This document shows, one piece after another, positions 27,601 through 37,000 of a DNA stretch of 64,000 nt. Every line of letters starts with the position of its first letter. Within the stretch, counting starts at the first letter, position 1. A program made the position numbers and the translations under genes. The DNA lies in assembly GCA_902800055.1 (NCBI GenBank), contig CADCCW010000002.1, positions 6,169 through 70,168 of the forward strand, written 5' to 3'. The notes beneath the pieces were generated by a model, which saw only the letters and a program-made list of their open reading frames with translations, had not been told where the DNA came from and searched no databases. The DNA is from an uncultured bacterium (GTDB lineage Bacteria; Verrucomicrobiota; Kiritimatiellia; RFP12; UBA1067).

Positions 27601-28230
27601 ATGGACGAAAAGACGATCGTGTGGGCGGCGTGGATCCTCGGCGCGTATCTCGTCGGCGGGATACCGTTCGGGTACCTCATCGGCAGGATGCGCGGCGTGG
27701 ACGTGCGCACCGTCGGCTCGAAGAACATCGGGGCGACGAACGTGTTCCGCACCGTCGGCAAAAAGTGGGGGCTCGTCGCCTTCGCGTGCGACGTACTCAA
27801 GGGACTCCTCCCGACCCTGGCGGCGCGGCGCTTCCTGCCCGAGGCCGCGCTCTGGGTCGGTGTCGCCTGCGTCGTCGGCCACATGCTCACGCCCTACATG
27901 AAGTTCAAGGGCGGCAAGGGCGTCGCGACGGCGTTCGGCATGCTGCTCGGCCTCGCGCCAGCGCTCGTCGGCTGCGCGTTCGCGCTCTTCGCGCTTGTCT
28001 TCGCGATTACCCACTACATCTCGCTCGGCAGCTGCCTGGCGGCCGCCTTCCTCGCGGTCATGGTCTGGTTCCCTGTCCTCGGCGTGCGCGGCGCGGCGGA
28101 TCTGCCGCAGTGCGTGCTCGTCACCCTGGTTTCGCTCTTCGTCATCTGGAAGCACCGGTCGAACATCAAGCGCCTCGCCACCGGCTGCGAAAGCAAGATC
28201 TACCTCTTTGGCCGGCGCAAGGACGGCTGA
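27601..28230 (+). CDS. plsY: glycerol-3-phosphate acyltransferase PlsY
   Basis: GSKNIGATNVFR, KGVAT motifs, ~5 TM helices. Confidence 0.9.
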   Translation: MDEKTIVWAAWILGAYLVGGIPFGYLIGRMRGVDVRTVGSKNIGATNVFRTVGKKWGLVAFACDVLKGLLPTLAARRFLPEAALWVGVACVVGHMLTPYMKFKGGKGVATAFGMLLGLAPALVGCAFALFALVFAITHYISLGSCLAAAFLAVMVWFPVLGVRGAADLPQCVLVTLVSLFVIWKHRSNIKRLATGCESKIYLFGRRKDG

Positions 28231-28233
28231 GCC

Positions 28234-28614
28234 GTGGGCTGGAAGGGGTTCGTCATCGGATCGATCGCGGGCGGCGCCCGCGGGAGCTGGGTCGGCGCCA
28301 TCATCGGCGCCCTCGCCGGCGACTGGGTGGAGCGCCGCTGGTTCGCCGGCCGTCGCGGACCCGCGCCCGGCCGCTCCTCGCCGTTCCCGGTCGACGACGA
28401 CACGCTACTCAAGGCCTACGCCGAGCTCGGCGTCGCCCCGGAAGCCGAGAACGAGGTGGTGCGCGCCGCCTACCGCGAGCTCGCCAAGAAGCACCACCCG
28501 GACGCGCTCCGCGCCGCGGGTGCCGACGACGCGGCGGTTGCCGCGGCAGACGCGAAGATGGCGCGGGTCAACGCCGCCTGGAGCGAGATCCGAGACGCAA
28601 GGGGGCTTAAATGA
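28234..28614 (+). CDS. small membrane-anchored J-domain protein (DjlA-like)
   Basis: N-terminal Gly-rich TM segment; J domain with HPD motif (YAELGV..AYRELAKKHHPD); GTG start. Confidence 0.6.
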   Translation: MGWKGFVIGSIAGGARGSWVGAIIGALAGDWVERRWFAGRRGPAPGRSSPFPVDDDTLLKAYAELGVAPEAENEVVRAAYRELAKKHHPDALRAAGADDAAVAAADAKMARVNAAWSEIRDARGLK

Positions 28615-29291
28615 GCGTATCTCGCATGAGAGTGGTGGTGACCGCCGGTCCCACCCGCGAGCACCTTGACCCGGTGAGGTTCCTTTCCAACCCCTCCACC
28701 GGCAAGATGGGCTTCGCCGTCGCCGCCGAGGCCGCTCGGCGCGGGCACGAGGTGGTGCTGGTGGCGGGTCCCGTCGCGCTGAAGACGCCGCGCGGAGTCA
28801 AGCGCGTGGACGTGGTGTCCGCCCGCGAGATGCTCGCCGCGGCGACCGCGGCGGTCGATTCCGCGCCGCGCTCCGCGCCGCTCGCGTTCGTGGGCGTCGC
28901 CGCAGTGGCCGACTGGCGTCCGCGCCGCCGCGCCGCGAAGAAGCTCAAGAAGCGCGAGATGTCCGGCACCCTGGAGCTCGTGCGCAATCCGGATGTCCTC
29001 AAGTCCATCGGCGCACGGCTGCGGCGGGCGGGGCGGAAGGACGCGGTGCTGGTGGGCTTTGCCGCCGAGACCGGCTCGCCGATCGCCGAGGCGGCGCGCA
29101 AGTGCCGCGAGAAGCGTCTTGCGTTCACGGTGGCGAACGACGTCGCCGAAAAGGGCAGCGGCTTCGGCTCGGACTCGAACCGGGTCGCGTTCGTCCGCGC
29201 CGACGGCTCCTCCGTCCGCCTGCCGCTGATGTCGAAGCAGGCGGTTGCCCGCCGGATCGTGGGCGAGATTGAAAGGCTCCTTGTCGACTAA
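28611..29291 (+). CDS. coaB: phosphopantothenate--cysteine ligase (stand-alone CoaB domain)
   Basis: VTAGPTREHLDPVRFLSNPSTGKMG matches the CoaB signature; no CoaC flavoprotein domain fused. Confidence 0.8.
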   Translation: MSVSRMRVVVTAGPTREHLDPVRFLSNPSTGKMGFAVAAEAARRGHEVVLVAGPVALKTPRGVKRVDVVSAREMLAAATAAVDSAPRSAPLAFVGVAAVADWRPRRRAAKKLKKREMSGTLELVRNPDVLKSIGARLRRAGRKDAVLVGFAAETGSPIAEAARKCREKRLAFTVANDVAEKGSGFGSDSNRVAFVRADGSSVRLPLMSKQAVARRIVGEIERLLVD

Positions 29292-29301
29292 GTACGTTGC
29301 A

Positions 29302-29331
29302 TTGACATGGAGACGCAATTTTAGGTATAAT
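29302..29331 (+). promoter_or_regulatory. sigma70 promoter TTGACA-N18-TATAAT, 7 nt upstream of the panC ATG (leaderless)
   Basis: Canonical hexamers; ATG 29339 coincides with the expected TSS. Confidence 0.6.
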
Positions 29332-29338
29332 TCAGTCA

Positions 29339-30187
29339 ATGAACCGAGAAGGGAAAGCACAAAAGGAAATGAAAATCTTCCGAAATCCGGCAGGGCTGCA
29401 GAAGTGGGCGAAGGCAAGGCGGCGCGCAGGCGCGAAGATTGCGCTGGTGCCGACGATGGGCTATCTCCACGAAGGCCACCTCTCGCTGATCGCGAAGGCG
29501 AAGGCCAAGGGCGCGGACGAGATCGTCGTGAGCGTGTTCGTGAACCCGGTCCAGTTCGGCCCCAACGAGGACTACGCCGCCTATCCGCGCGACGAGAAGG
29601 CCGACCTCGCGAAGTGCCGCGCCGCCGGCGCAACCGCGGTGTTCTTCCCGACCCCGGCGAACATGTACCTCGACGCCCACTCCACATACGTGGTAGAGGA
29701 GCGCCTTTCGCAGGGCCTCTGCGGCGCGCGGCGCCCCGGCCACTTCCGCGGCGTCTGCACCGTCGTCGCCAAGCTCTTCAACCTCGTCTCGCCCGACTTC
29801 GCCGTGTTCGGCCAGAAGGACTACCAGCAGGCGCAGGTCATCAAGCGGATGGTGCGCGACCTCAACTTCGGCATCGAGATCGTGGTCGCGCCGATCGTCC
29901 GCGAGCCGTCCGGCCTCGCCCGCTCGAGCCGCAACACCTACCTCTCCGCCGACGAGCGCGCCCGCGCGCTCGCGATCTCCCGCACGTTGCGCGAGGTCAA
30001 GGCCGGTCGCATCAAGACCGTCGCCGCTGCGGCGAAGGCGATCGCCAGGGCGGGGCTGAAGGTGGACTACGTCGAGTGCGTGGACGCGAAGACGCTCGAG
30101 CCGCGCCGCCGCATCGCCAAGGGCTGCTGCGTGCTCGCCGCCGCCTACGCCGGCAAGACCCGGCTCATCGACAACGTTGTCGTCTGA
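29339..30187 (+). CDS. panC: pantoate--beta-alanine ligase
   Basis: PTMGYLHEGHLSL (HIGH-like), VSVFVNPVQF, GHFRGV motifs; alternative SD-preceded start at 29369. Confidence 0.85.
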   Translation: MNREGKAQKEMKIFRNPAGLQKWAKARRRAGAKIALVPTMGYLHEGHLSLIAKAKAKGADEIVVSVFVNPVQFGPNEDYAAYPRDEKADLAKCRAAGATAVFFPTPANMYLDAHSTYVVEERLSQGLCGARRPGHFRGVCTVVAKLFNLVSPDFAVFGQKDYQQAQVIKRMVRDLNFGIEIVVAPIVREPSGLARSSRNTYLSADERARALAISRTLREVKAGRIKTVAAAAKAIARAGLKVDYVECVDAKTLEPRRRIAKGCCVLAAAYAGKTRLIDNVVV

Positions 30188-30213
30188 GATCTAAAGCAAG
30201 AAAGGAAAATCAA

Positions 30214-32235
30214 ATGAAGAAACTCTTCTTCGCCGCCATCGCCGCCTCGCTGCTCGCGGGCTGCTGCCGCGAATGCGGCACCGTTGCCTCGGTGAAGTCC
30301 CCCGACGGCCGCAACGCAATCGAATTCAATGCGGTCAAAGCTACCTACCGCGTCCTCCGCGACGGCGTGACCGTGGCCGGCCCCGCGGCGGTTTCGCTCA
30401 AGCTCGATGGCCGCGAGCTCGGCGCAGGCGCGTCGCTCAAGGGCTTTTGCCGCGGCAGGCTCTCCGGCCTGGTCGCCACCCCGGTCTACAAGAAATGGGC
30501 GATCGACCTCGCCGCAAACACGCTCTTCGCCGACTACGGCGACTGGGGCGTGAGATTGGTCGCCCGCAACGACGGCGTCGCCTACCGCTTCGAGACTAAG
30601 CTCAAGGGGAAAGTTCGCGTGGTCTGGGAGTCCGCTCCGCTGGTGATTCCCGATCCCGCGGCGCGCTGCTGGTTCTCGACCACCCAATATTCCGGGTGCG
30701 AGGAAGTGATCCCGCAGGCCGTCGCCGCCGGCGACGCATGCACCGGCACCAACAAGTTCGCGTACCTTCCCTTCGCGTACTCGTTCGGCGGCAAGTACGT
30801 GGCGGTGGTGGAGTCGGACGTCTTCGACTACCCGATCCTGAACCTCGCCCGCGAGGCAAAGGGCGATGGTCCGGTCGAGTTCAGCTCTACCTTCAGCCGA
30901 TGGCCGAAGTCCAGGCAGCGCATCGGCGGCTGGGGCGAACAAGTCGTGGAGACCGGCGGCCGCTGGATCCGCCCGACCGCATTCGAGGACTATCTCGTCG
31001 AGACCGAGGGGACTCGCACCTTCCCGTGGCGAGGCTTCGTGCTCGCCGACGCGCCGGCGGCGTTCGTCGACGCCGACCTCGTGAACGCGCTCGCCCGTCC
31101 GCAGGTCGAGGGCGACGACTTCAAGTGGGTGAAGCCGGGCAAGGTGGCCTGGGACTGGTGGAACTGCTTCGACAACAAGCGCATCCCCGAGAACGAGGGC
31201 GTCAACACCAAGACCTACGAGCGCTTCATCGACTTCGCGCAGCAGCACGGCGTCGAGTACGTGATCTTCGACGAAGGCTGGTCCGAGCACCTCAACATCT
31301 GGAAGTTCCATCCCTCGGTCGACGTCGAGCACCTCATCAAGTACGCCAACGAGCGCGGCGTTGGGATCATCCTCTGGATGGCGTGGGCGCAGGTCTTCGG
31401 CGAGGAGGACCGCGTGGCCGAGCACTTCGCGAAGCTCGGCGCCAAGGGTTTCAAGGTGGATTTCATGGACCGCGGCGACGCCGAGGTCGAGCGCTTCCTC
31501 TGGAAGTTCGCGGAGAGCTGCCGCAAGCATCGCATGCTCGTCGACTACCACGGCGCGCACCGTCCGACCGGCATGAGCAGGGCGTACCCCAACGTGCTCA
31601 ACTTTGAGGGCATCCACGGACTGGAGAACACTAAGTGGGGCGCGAAGGACCTCACAGGAATGATGGACAGCGACGTGCGCGCGGTGTACCTGCGCATGAC
31701 CGCGGGCCCGATGGACTACACGCCCGGCGCGATGGACAACTACCCGGTCGACGGCTACCTCGGCGGACGCGAGGGTCCGAAGAACGCGCAGCCCGGCTCG
31801 GCCGGCACCCGCTGCCGCCAGATGGCGATGATGGCGCTCTACGAGGCGCCGCTCCAGATGCTCTGCGACGCGCCCACCAAGTACGAGGCCAACCCGGAGT
31901 GCTTCAAGTTCATGGCGGCGACTCCGGTCGTGTGGGCCGACTCCCGCGGACTCGCAGGCGACCCGGACTCCTTCGCGGCGGTCGCGCGCCGCGCCAAGGA
32001 CGGCGCCTGGTACGCGGCGGCGATCTCTAACCGCGACGCGCGCGAGTTCAAGCTCGACACCGCCGCGTTCCTCGACGGCGGCGAATGGGAGGCCGAGATC
32101 TTCCGCGACGCGCCTGAGGGCGACGCCGCGCCGACCAAGTACGTCCACGAGACCAAGTCCGTCAAGGCCGGCGACCAGCTCGACATCGGCCTCGGCCGCG
32201 GCGGCGGCTTCGTGGCCAGGTTCGTCCGCAAGTAG
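30214..32235 (+). CDS. glycoside hydrolase family 97 lipoprotein (alpha-glucosidase/alpha-galactosidase SusB-like)
   Basis: Lipobox LLAGC; GH97 N-terminal beta-sandwich plus TIM-barrel region (FKWVKPGKVAWDWWN, VIFDEGW, GFKVDFMDR, LENTKW). The track ORF 29245..32235 is over-extended. Confidence 0.75.
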   Translation: MKKLFFAAIAASLLAGCCRECGTVASVKSPDGRNAIEFNAVKATYRVLRDGVTVAGPAAVSLKLDGRELGAGASLKGFCRGRLSGLVATPVYKKWAIDLAANTLFADYGDWGVRLVARNDGVAYRFETKLKGKVRVVWESAPLVIPDPAARCWFSTTQYSGCEEVIPQAVAAGDACTGTNKFAYLPFAYSFGGKYVAVVESDVFDYPILNLAREAKGDGPVEFSSTFSRWPKSRQRIGGWGEQVVETGGRWIRPTAFEDYLVETEGTRTFPWRGFVLADAPAAFVDADLVNALARPQVEGDDFKWVKPGKVAWDWWNCFDNKRIPENEGVNTKTYERFIDFAQQHGVEYVIFDEGWSEHLNIWKFHPSVDVEHLIKYANERGVGIILWMAWAQVFGEEDRVAEHFAKLGAKGFKVDFMDRGDAEVERFLWKFAESCRKHRMLVDYHGAHRPTGMSRAYPNVLNFEGIHGLENTKWGAKDLTGMMDSDVRAVYLRMTAGPMDYTPGAMDNYPVDGYLGGREGPKNAQPGSAGTRCRQMAMMALYEAPLQMLCDAPTKYEANPECFKFMAATPVVWADSRGLAGDPDSFAAVARRAKDGAWYAAAISNRDAREFKLDTAAFLDGGEWEAEIFRDAPEGDAAPTKYVHETKSVKAGDQLDIGLGRGGGFVARFVRK

Positions 32236-32247
32236 CGGGGAGGCGAG

Positions 32248-33432
32248 ATGACTTCCACGGTCTACATCGCGAAGAACGTCTACGGCGGGGACGGCCTCGG
32301 CCGCCTCGGCGACGGGCGGGTGGTCTTCGTCCCCGGCGCGTGGGAGGGCGAGCAGGTCAAGGCCGAGATCTTCGAGGAGAAGCCTCGCTTCGTGCGGGCG
32401 CGGCTCGTCGAGGTGGTCGAGCCGAGTCCGGAACGGGTCGACGTCGGCGCGACCGTGCCCGGCATGGTCTACGCCGGGCTCTCCGCCGCCGGCGAGAAGG
32501 CGGCCAAGGACCGCCAGCTCGCCGAGTTCTTCGAGCGCGCGCGGATCCCCGTGCCGTCGTCCGCAACCATCGAGGGCGGCCCCCAGCTCGCCTACCGCAA
32601 CAAGGCGGTCTACCATTTCGCGCGTCAGCGCGGGAAGTGGGCGCTCGGCTACCGCGCCGAGCCCGGGCATGAAATCGTCGATGTCGAGTCGGATCCGCTC
32701 GTGGTGCCGGCGATCGGCACGGCGCTTCCTGATATCCGCCGCGGCGTGATGCGGCTCCTCACCCAGGGCTCCGAGGCGGTGCGCAAGTCGGTCGAGCGCC
32801 AGGGCAACGTCACCGTCAGGTGGACGCGCAAGAGCGGCGTCAAGTGGTGGGTGGGCGACGCGCCAGCCGACCTCGTCCTCAAGGAAACTACGCTGGGAAT
32901 CGACTTCGAGGTGCCGGCGGACGGCTTCTACCAGGTGAACCCTGCGGTCTCGGAGCTGCTCGCGCAGGCGGTGGTCGACGAATACCGCCGCGGCGCGAAC
33001 ACGGCGCCGGAGCTTATGGACCTCTACTGCGGCGTCGGCGTCTTCGGCATCCTCTGCCGTCCGCCCAAGCTCGTCGGCGTCGAGTCCGGCCGTCAGGCCG
33101 TCGCCTTCGCGAAGCGCAACGCGGCGATCCACAAGGTCCAGGCCGACTTCTTCGCCGACCAGGTGGGCCGGGCCGTGCGGCGCCTCAAGGCCGGCGAGCG
33201 GACGACGGTGATCGTCGATCCGCCGCGGGGCGGGCTGGAGCACGGCGTCGTGAAGTGGCTCGTCCATTCGCGCGCGCCGCGGATAATCTACGTCTCCTGC
33301 GACCCTGCGACGATGATCCGCGACCTGAAGGGGCTTGCGGGCGCCTACTCCGTCGCCTCGGTCCGCCGGTTCGAGATGTTCCCGCGCACCGCCCGCTTCG
33401 AGACTCTTGTCGTCTTGGAAAGAAAAAACTAG
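32248..33432 (+). CDS. class I SAM-dependent RNA methyltransferase, RlmD/TrmA family (TRAM-like N-domain)
   Basis: GDGLGRL..VVFVPGAWEGE TRAM-like region; DLYCGVGVFG SAM motif I; DPPRGG motif IV; C-terminal YVSCDPATMIRD. Confidence 0.65.
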   Translation: MTSTVYIAKNVYGGDGLGRLGDGRVVFVPGAWEGEQVKAEIFEEKPRFVRARLVEVVEPSPERVDVGATVPGMVYAGLSAAGEKAAKDRQLAEFFERARIPVPSSATIEGGPQLAYRNKAVYHFARQRGKWALGYRAEPGHEIVDVESDPLVVPAIGTALPDIRRGVMRLLTQGSEAVRKSVERQGNVTVRWTRKSGVKWWVGDAPADLVLKETTLGIDFEVPADGFYQVNPAVSELLAQAVVDEYRRGANTAPELMDLYCGVGVFGILCRPPKLVGVESGRQAVAFAKRNAAIHKVQADFFADQVGRAVRRLKAGERTTVIVDPPRGGLEHGVVKWLVHSRAPRIIYVSCDPATMIRDLKGLAGAYSVASVRRFEMFPRTARFETLVVLERKN

Positions 33433-33584
33433 AGTTTCTGTGTCGTGGCTTTGTCCGCGGCAACTCGCGCGGCAGTTTTGTTAGCCGCAAAGAACGCATA
33501 GGACGCAGAGATAGCTTTGCGATCTTTGCGTTCTCTGCGGCAAAAAAAGAAAACGCCAGCCCCGGTTCGTGAGCAACTGACCAC

Positions 33585-33600
33585 TATTATGGTATAATAC
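33585..33600 (+). promoter_or_regulatory. extended -10 promoter TATTATGGTATAATAC, 8 nt upstream of the queD ATG
   Basis: Conserved motif. Confidence 0.55.
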
Positions 33601-33606
33601 ACAATC

Positions 33607-34020
33607 ATGGTAACGGTAACGAAGACAGTCAGGTTTGACGCGGCGCATGTGCTCACCAACCACGCGGGGCTGTGCAGGAACCTGCACGGCCACACCTACC
33701 GCGTGGACGTGTCGGTCGCCGGCGAGGCGGACGGCGGCGACGGCATGGTGATCGACTTCAAGGACCTGAAGTCCCTGCTCGCCGAGACGGTCTGCGCCCG
33801 CTTCGACCACGCCTTCATCTACAACACCGGCTCTGAGGCGGAGCGCGAGATCGCCGAGGTCGTCGCGCGCCACGGCATGCGCACCGCGGCGGTTCCGTTT
33901 CGCTCCACCGCCGAGAACCTGGCGCGGCACTTCTTCGGCGAGCTGAAGGCGCATCTGCCAGGGATCAAGTCGGTCAGGGTCTGGGAGACGGCCGACAGCT
34001 GCGCCGAGTACAGCGAGTGA
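33607..34020 (+). CDS. queD: 6-carboxy-5,6,7,8-tetrahydropterin synthase
   Basis: CxxxHGH zinc motif (CRNLHGHTY), ~137 aa. Confidence 0.85.
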   Translation: MVTVTKTVRFDAAHVLTNHAGLCRNLHGHTYRVDVSVAGEADGGDGMVIDFKDLKSLLAETVCARFDHAFIYNTGSEAEREIAEVVARHGMRTAAVPFRSTAENLARHFFGELKAHLPGIKSVRVWETADSCAEYSE

Positions 34021-37000
34021 AGCGGCTCCTCGAGATCTTCTGGGAGTTCTTCCGCGTCTCGCTCTTCGTGGTGGGCGGCGGCTACGCCATCATCGCGGTC
34101 GCCGACGCCGCCTGCGCGCGGCGGAAGTGGACGCGCGAAGGGGAGCTCGTGGAGGCGCTGCCGGTCTTCCAGATGGTGCCGGGGCTCATCGCCGCGCATA
34201 CCGCGGTCTACGTCGGACGCCGGCTTGCCGGCGTCGCTGGCGCGGCGGTCGGCGTCTTCGCGGTGGCGCTGCCGAGCGTCGCCATCTTCACCCTCGTCTC
34301 CGCCGGCTACGACGGCGCGCCGCTTGGCAACCCGTGGGTAGCTTCGGCGTTCACCGGGCTTAGGGCCGCGCTTGTCGGCATCATCGCCGCGACGCTGGTG
34401 CGGGGCTGGCGGCGGAGCCTGCCCGACTTCAAGTCGCACGTCTACATGGTCCTCGCGCTGGCCGCGCTCTTCCTCGGCGTGCCGGTTTGGCAGGTGGTGC
34501 TGGTGGCGGTGGCGGCGGGGCTCATGACGGCGCTCGCTCCGGCGCGGTCCGCGGAAGGCGGTGAGCGCCGCTTCCGGTCGTCGCTGGTGCCGTTTCTCCT
34601 CTTCCTCGAGTACGGGGCGCTCTGCTTCGGCGGCGGCTTCGTGCTGGTGCCGATGTACATGCAGGACTTCGTTGGCGCCTCCGCGCCGTTCCTCGGGATT
34701 GACGAGGGCGAGTTCGCCGACCTCGTCGCGCTCACCCAGATGACGCCGGGTCCGATCGGCGTCAACGCCGCGACCTTCTTCGGCTACCGGCTGGCCGGCG
34801 TCGCGGGCGCGCTGGCCGCGTCCGCCGCGCTGCTGCTGCCGGGCTCGGTGCTCGCCTACCTCGCGTTCTCGTCGCTCGAGCGCTTCCGCTTCAGTCGCTT
34901 CGTCGCGGGCGTCCTTAACTGCGTCCGTCCGGTCTCGACGGCGCTGATGCTCTTCGCGCTCCTTGCCTTCGCCGGCACCTGCGTCTTCGGCGACGGCGGC
35001 CTCAACTTCGCCGCGGCCGCGATTGCGGTGGCGGTGGCTCTCATTATGACAACGAAAAAACCTAACCCCGTCCTGCTGATCGTCCTCTCCGCCTTCGTGG
35101 CGCTGGCCGTGAGGGCGGACGACGTGACCCTGGAGAAGTTCCCCGACGCCGACACCGTCGTCGTCGACGAGTGCGAGCGCGTGGAGTACCGCCCCGACGG
35201 CACCTACGACTCGGTGTCGTGGAGCAAGACCAAGATCCTCACCGAGTGCGGACGGCGCGAGGAGGGCGTTGTGTCGCTCTCCTACTCGAAGCGCTACGGC
35301 GAGGCGGCGATCGAGTACGTCGGCATCATCGGGCCCGACGGCGCCGAGCGCGAGGTGGACGTCTCCACGACGACGAAGGAGACGACCGACAACGACGCGA
35401 TGGCGTCCAACATCTACGACCCGCTCGACCGCCGCATCGTCTGCACCGTGCCCGGGCTCGCGGTGGGCGACACCCTGCACGTGCGCACGCGGCGGCGCGC
35501 CCTGAAGCCGCGCTGCGAGGGGATGTGGTCGGACATCTCGGTGATGGAGTGGTCGCGGCCGATCCTGCGCTCGGTCTACGAGGTCGTCGCGCCGAAGGAG
35601 CGTCCGCTCCGGAAGGTGCTGGTGCGCCATCCGCTCGGGAACGTCGCGCGGAGCGAGCGGGCGCTCGAGGACGGCTCCACGCTCTACACCTTCGTCGCCA
35701 CCAATTCGCCGCGCTGCTTCCCCGAGCCGGACATGCCGCCGCTCTACACCCAGGTGCAGAACGTCCGCGTCTCCACCGCCGCGGACTGGCAGGAGGTCTC
35801 GCGCTGGTATGCGGAGCTCTGCGCGCCGCACATCGCCAAGACCAACGCCGAGATGACGGCCATGGTCGAGGGCTTCCGCGCCGAGTGCGGCGGCGACCGC
35901 CAGGCGCTGATGCGCCGCGTGTTCCGCTTCGTGTCGCAGGAGGTGCGGTACATGGGGTTGACGATGGAGGACACCTCGCCCGGCTACGCGCCGCACGACG
36001 TCGACATCACCTTCGACAACCGCTACGGCGTCTGCCGCGACAAGGCGGCGCTGCTGGTGGCGATGCTGCGCCTCGCGGGCTTCAAGGCGTTCCCGGTGCT
36101 CATCCACGTCGGCGCGAAGCTCGACCCGGAGGTGCCGCAGCCGTTCTTCAACCATGCGATCGCCGCCGCCGAGGGCGAAGGGGACTCGGGCTACGTGCTG
36201 ATGGACCCGACCAACGAGAACACCGCGGACCTGCTGCCGGCCTACCTCGGCGACCGCAGCTACCTCGTCTGCCGCGCCGAAGGCGAGGGGCTCATGACCA
36301 CGCCGGTCGAGTCGCCGGAGCGGAACGGCGTGACCATCCGCTCGCGCGGCACGCTCGCGAAGGGCGGCTCGGTGTTCCTGGAGACCGAGATAAAGTGCCG
36401 CGGCATCAACGACACCGCCTACCGCGGCGCAATGGCGCGGCGCACCGGCGAGGACCGGACGCGGCTCGTCGAGCGGATGCTCTCGGCCGTCGTCCCCGGC
36501 GCCCAGCTCGTCAGCCTCACCGTCACCCCGACGGACATGCGCGACACCGAGACGCCCGTCTCCTTCCATCTCGCGGCGACGTTCCCGGACTTGGTGCTCG
36601 AGGGCGAGACGATGGACGAGCTCAGGGTTCCGTTCGTCGGCGCGGCGTTCGGCGTGGCGAACTACCTGCTCGTCGACAACGTGACGCTCGAGCGCCGCCG
36701 CTTCCCGCTCGTCATCGACACCACTGCCGGCGTCGACGAGCAGGTGGAGATCGACCTCGGCGGCAACCTCGGCCGCTGGCGCGGCAACGCCGCGGAGTCG
36801 TCCGCCGAGGTGCCCGGGCGCTTCCTGTTCCGCCGCGGCTCCGCGGTGACGAACGGCGTCCTCGTCGCCCGCCGCATCGCGGCGCTGCCGGCCACCGAGA
36901 TCTCGCCCGACGAGTACGTGCAGCTGCGCGGGGCGCTCAAGCGGACGGAGGCGATCGGGCGCGAGAACCCTGCCTTCGACCGCGACCAGGACGCGGACGC

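Noticed and set aside
33476-33545. Possible preQ1 riboswitch upstream of queD (hairpin followed by an A-rich tail)
   Set aside because: The stem is far longer than the 5-bp P1 of preQ1-I. The conserved promoter lies downstream of the hairpin and only 8 nt from the ATG, so there is essentially no 5' UTR to host an aptamer. It more likely acts as a terminator-like hairpin after rlmD.
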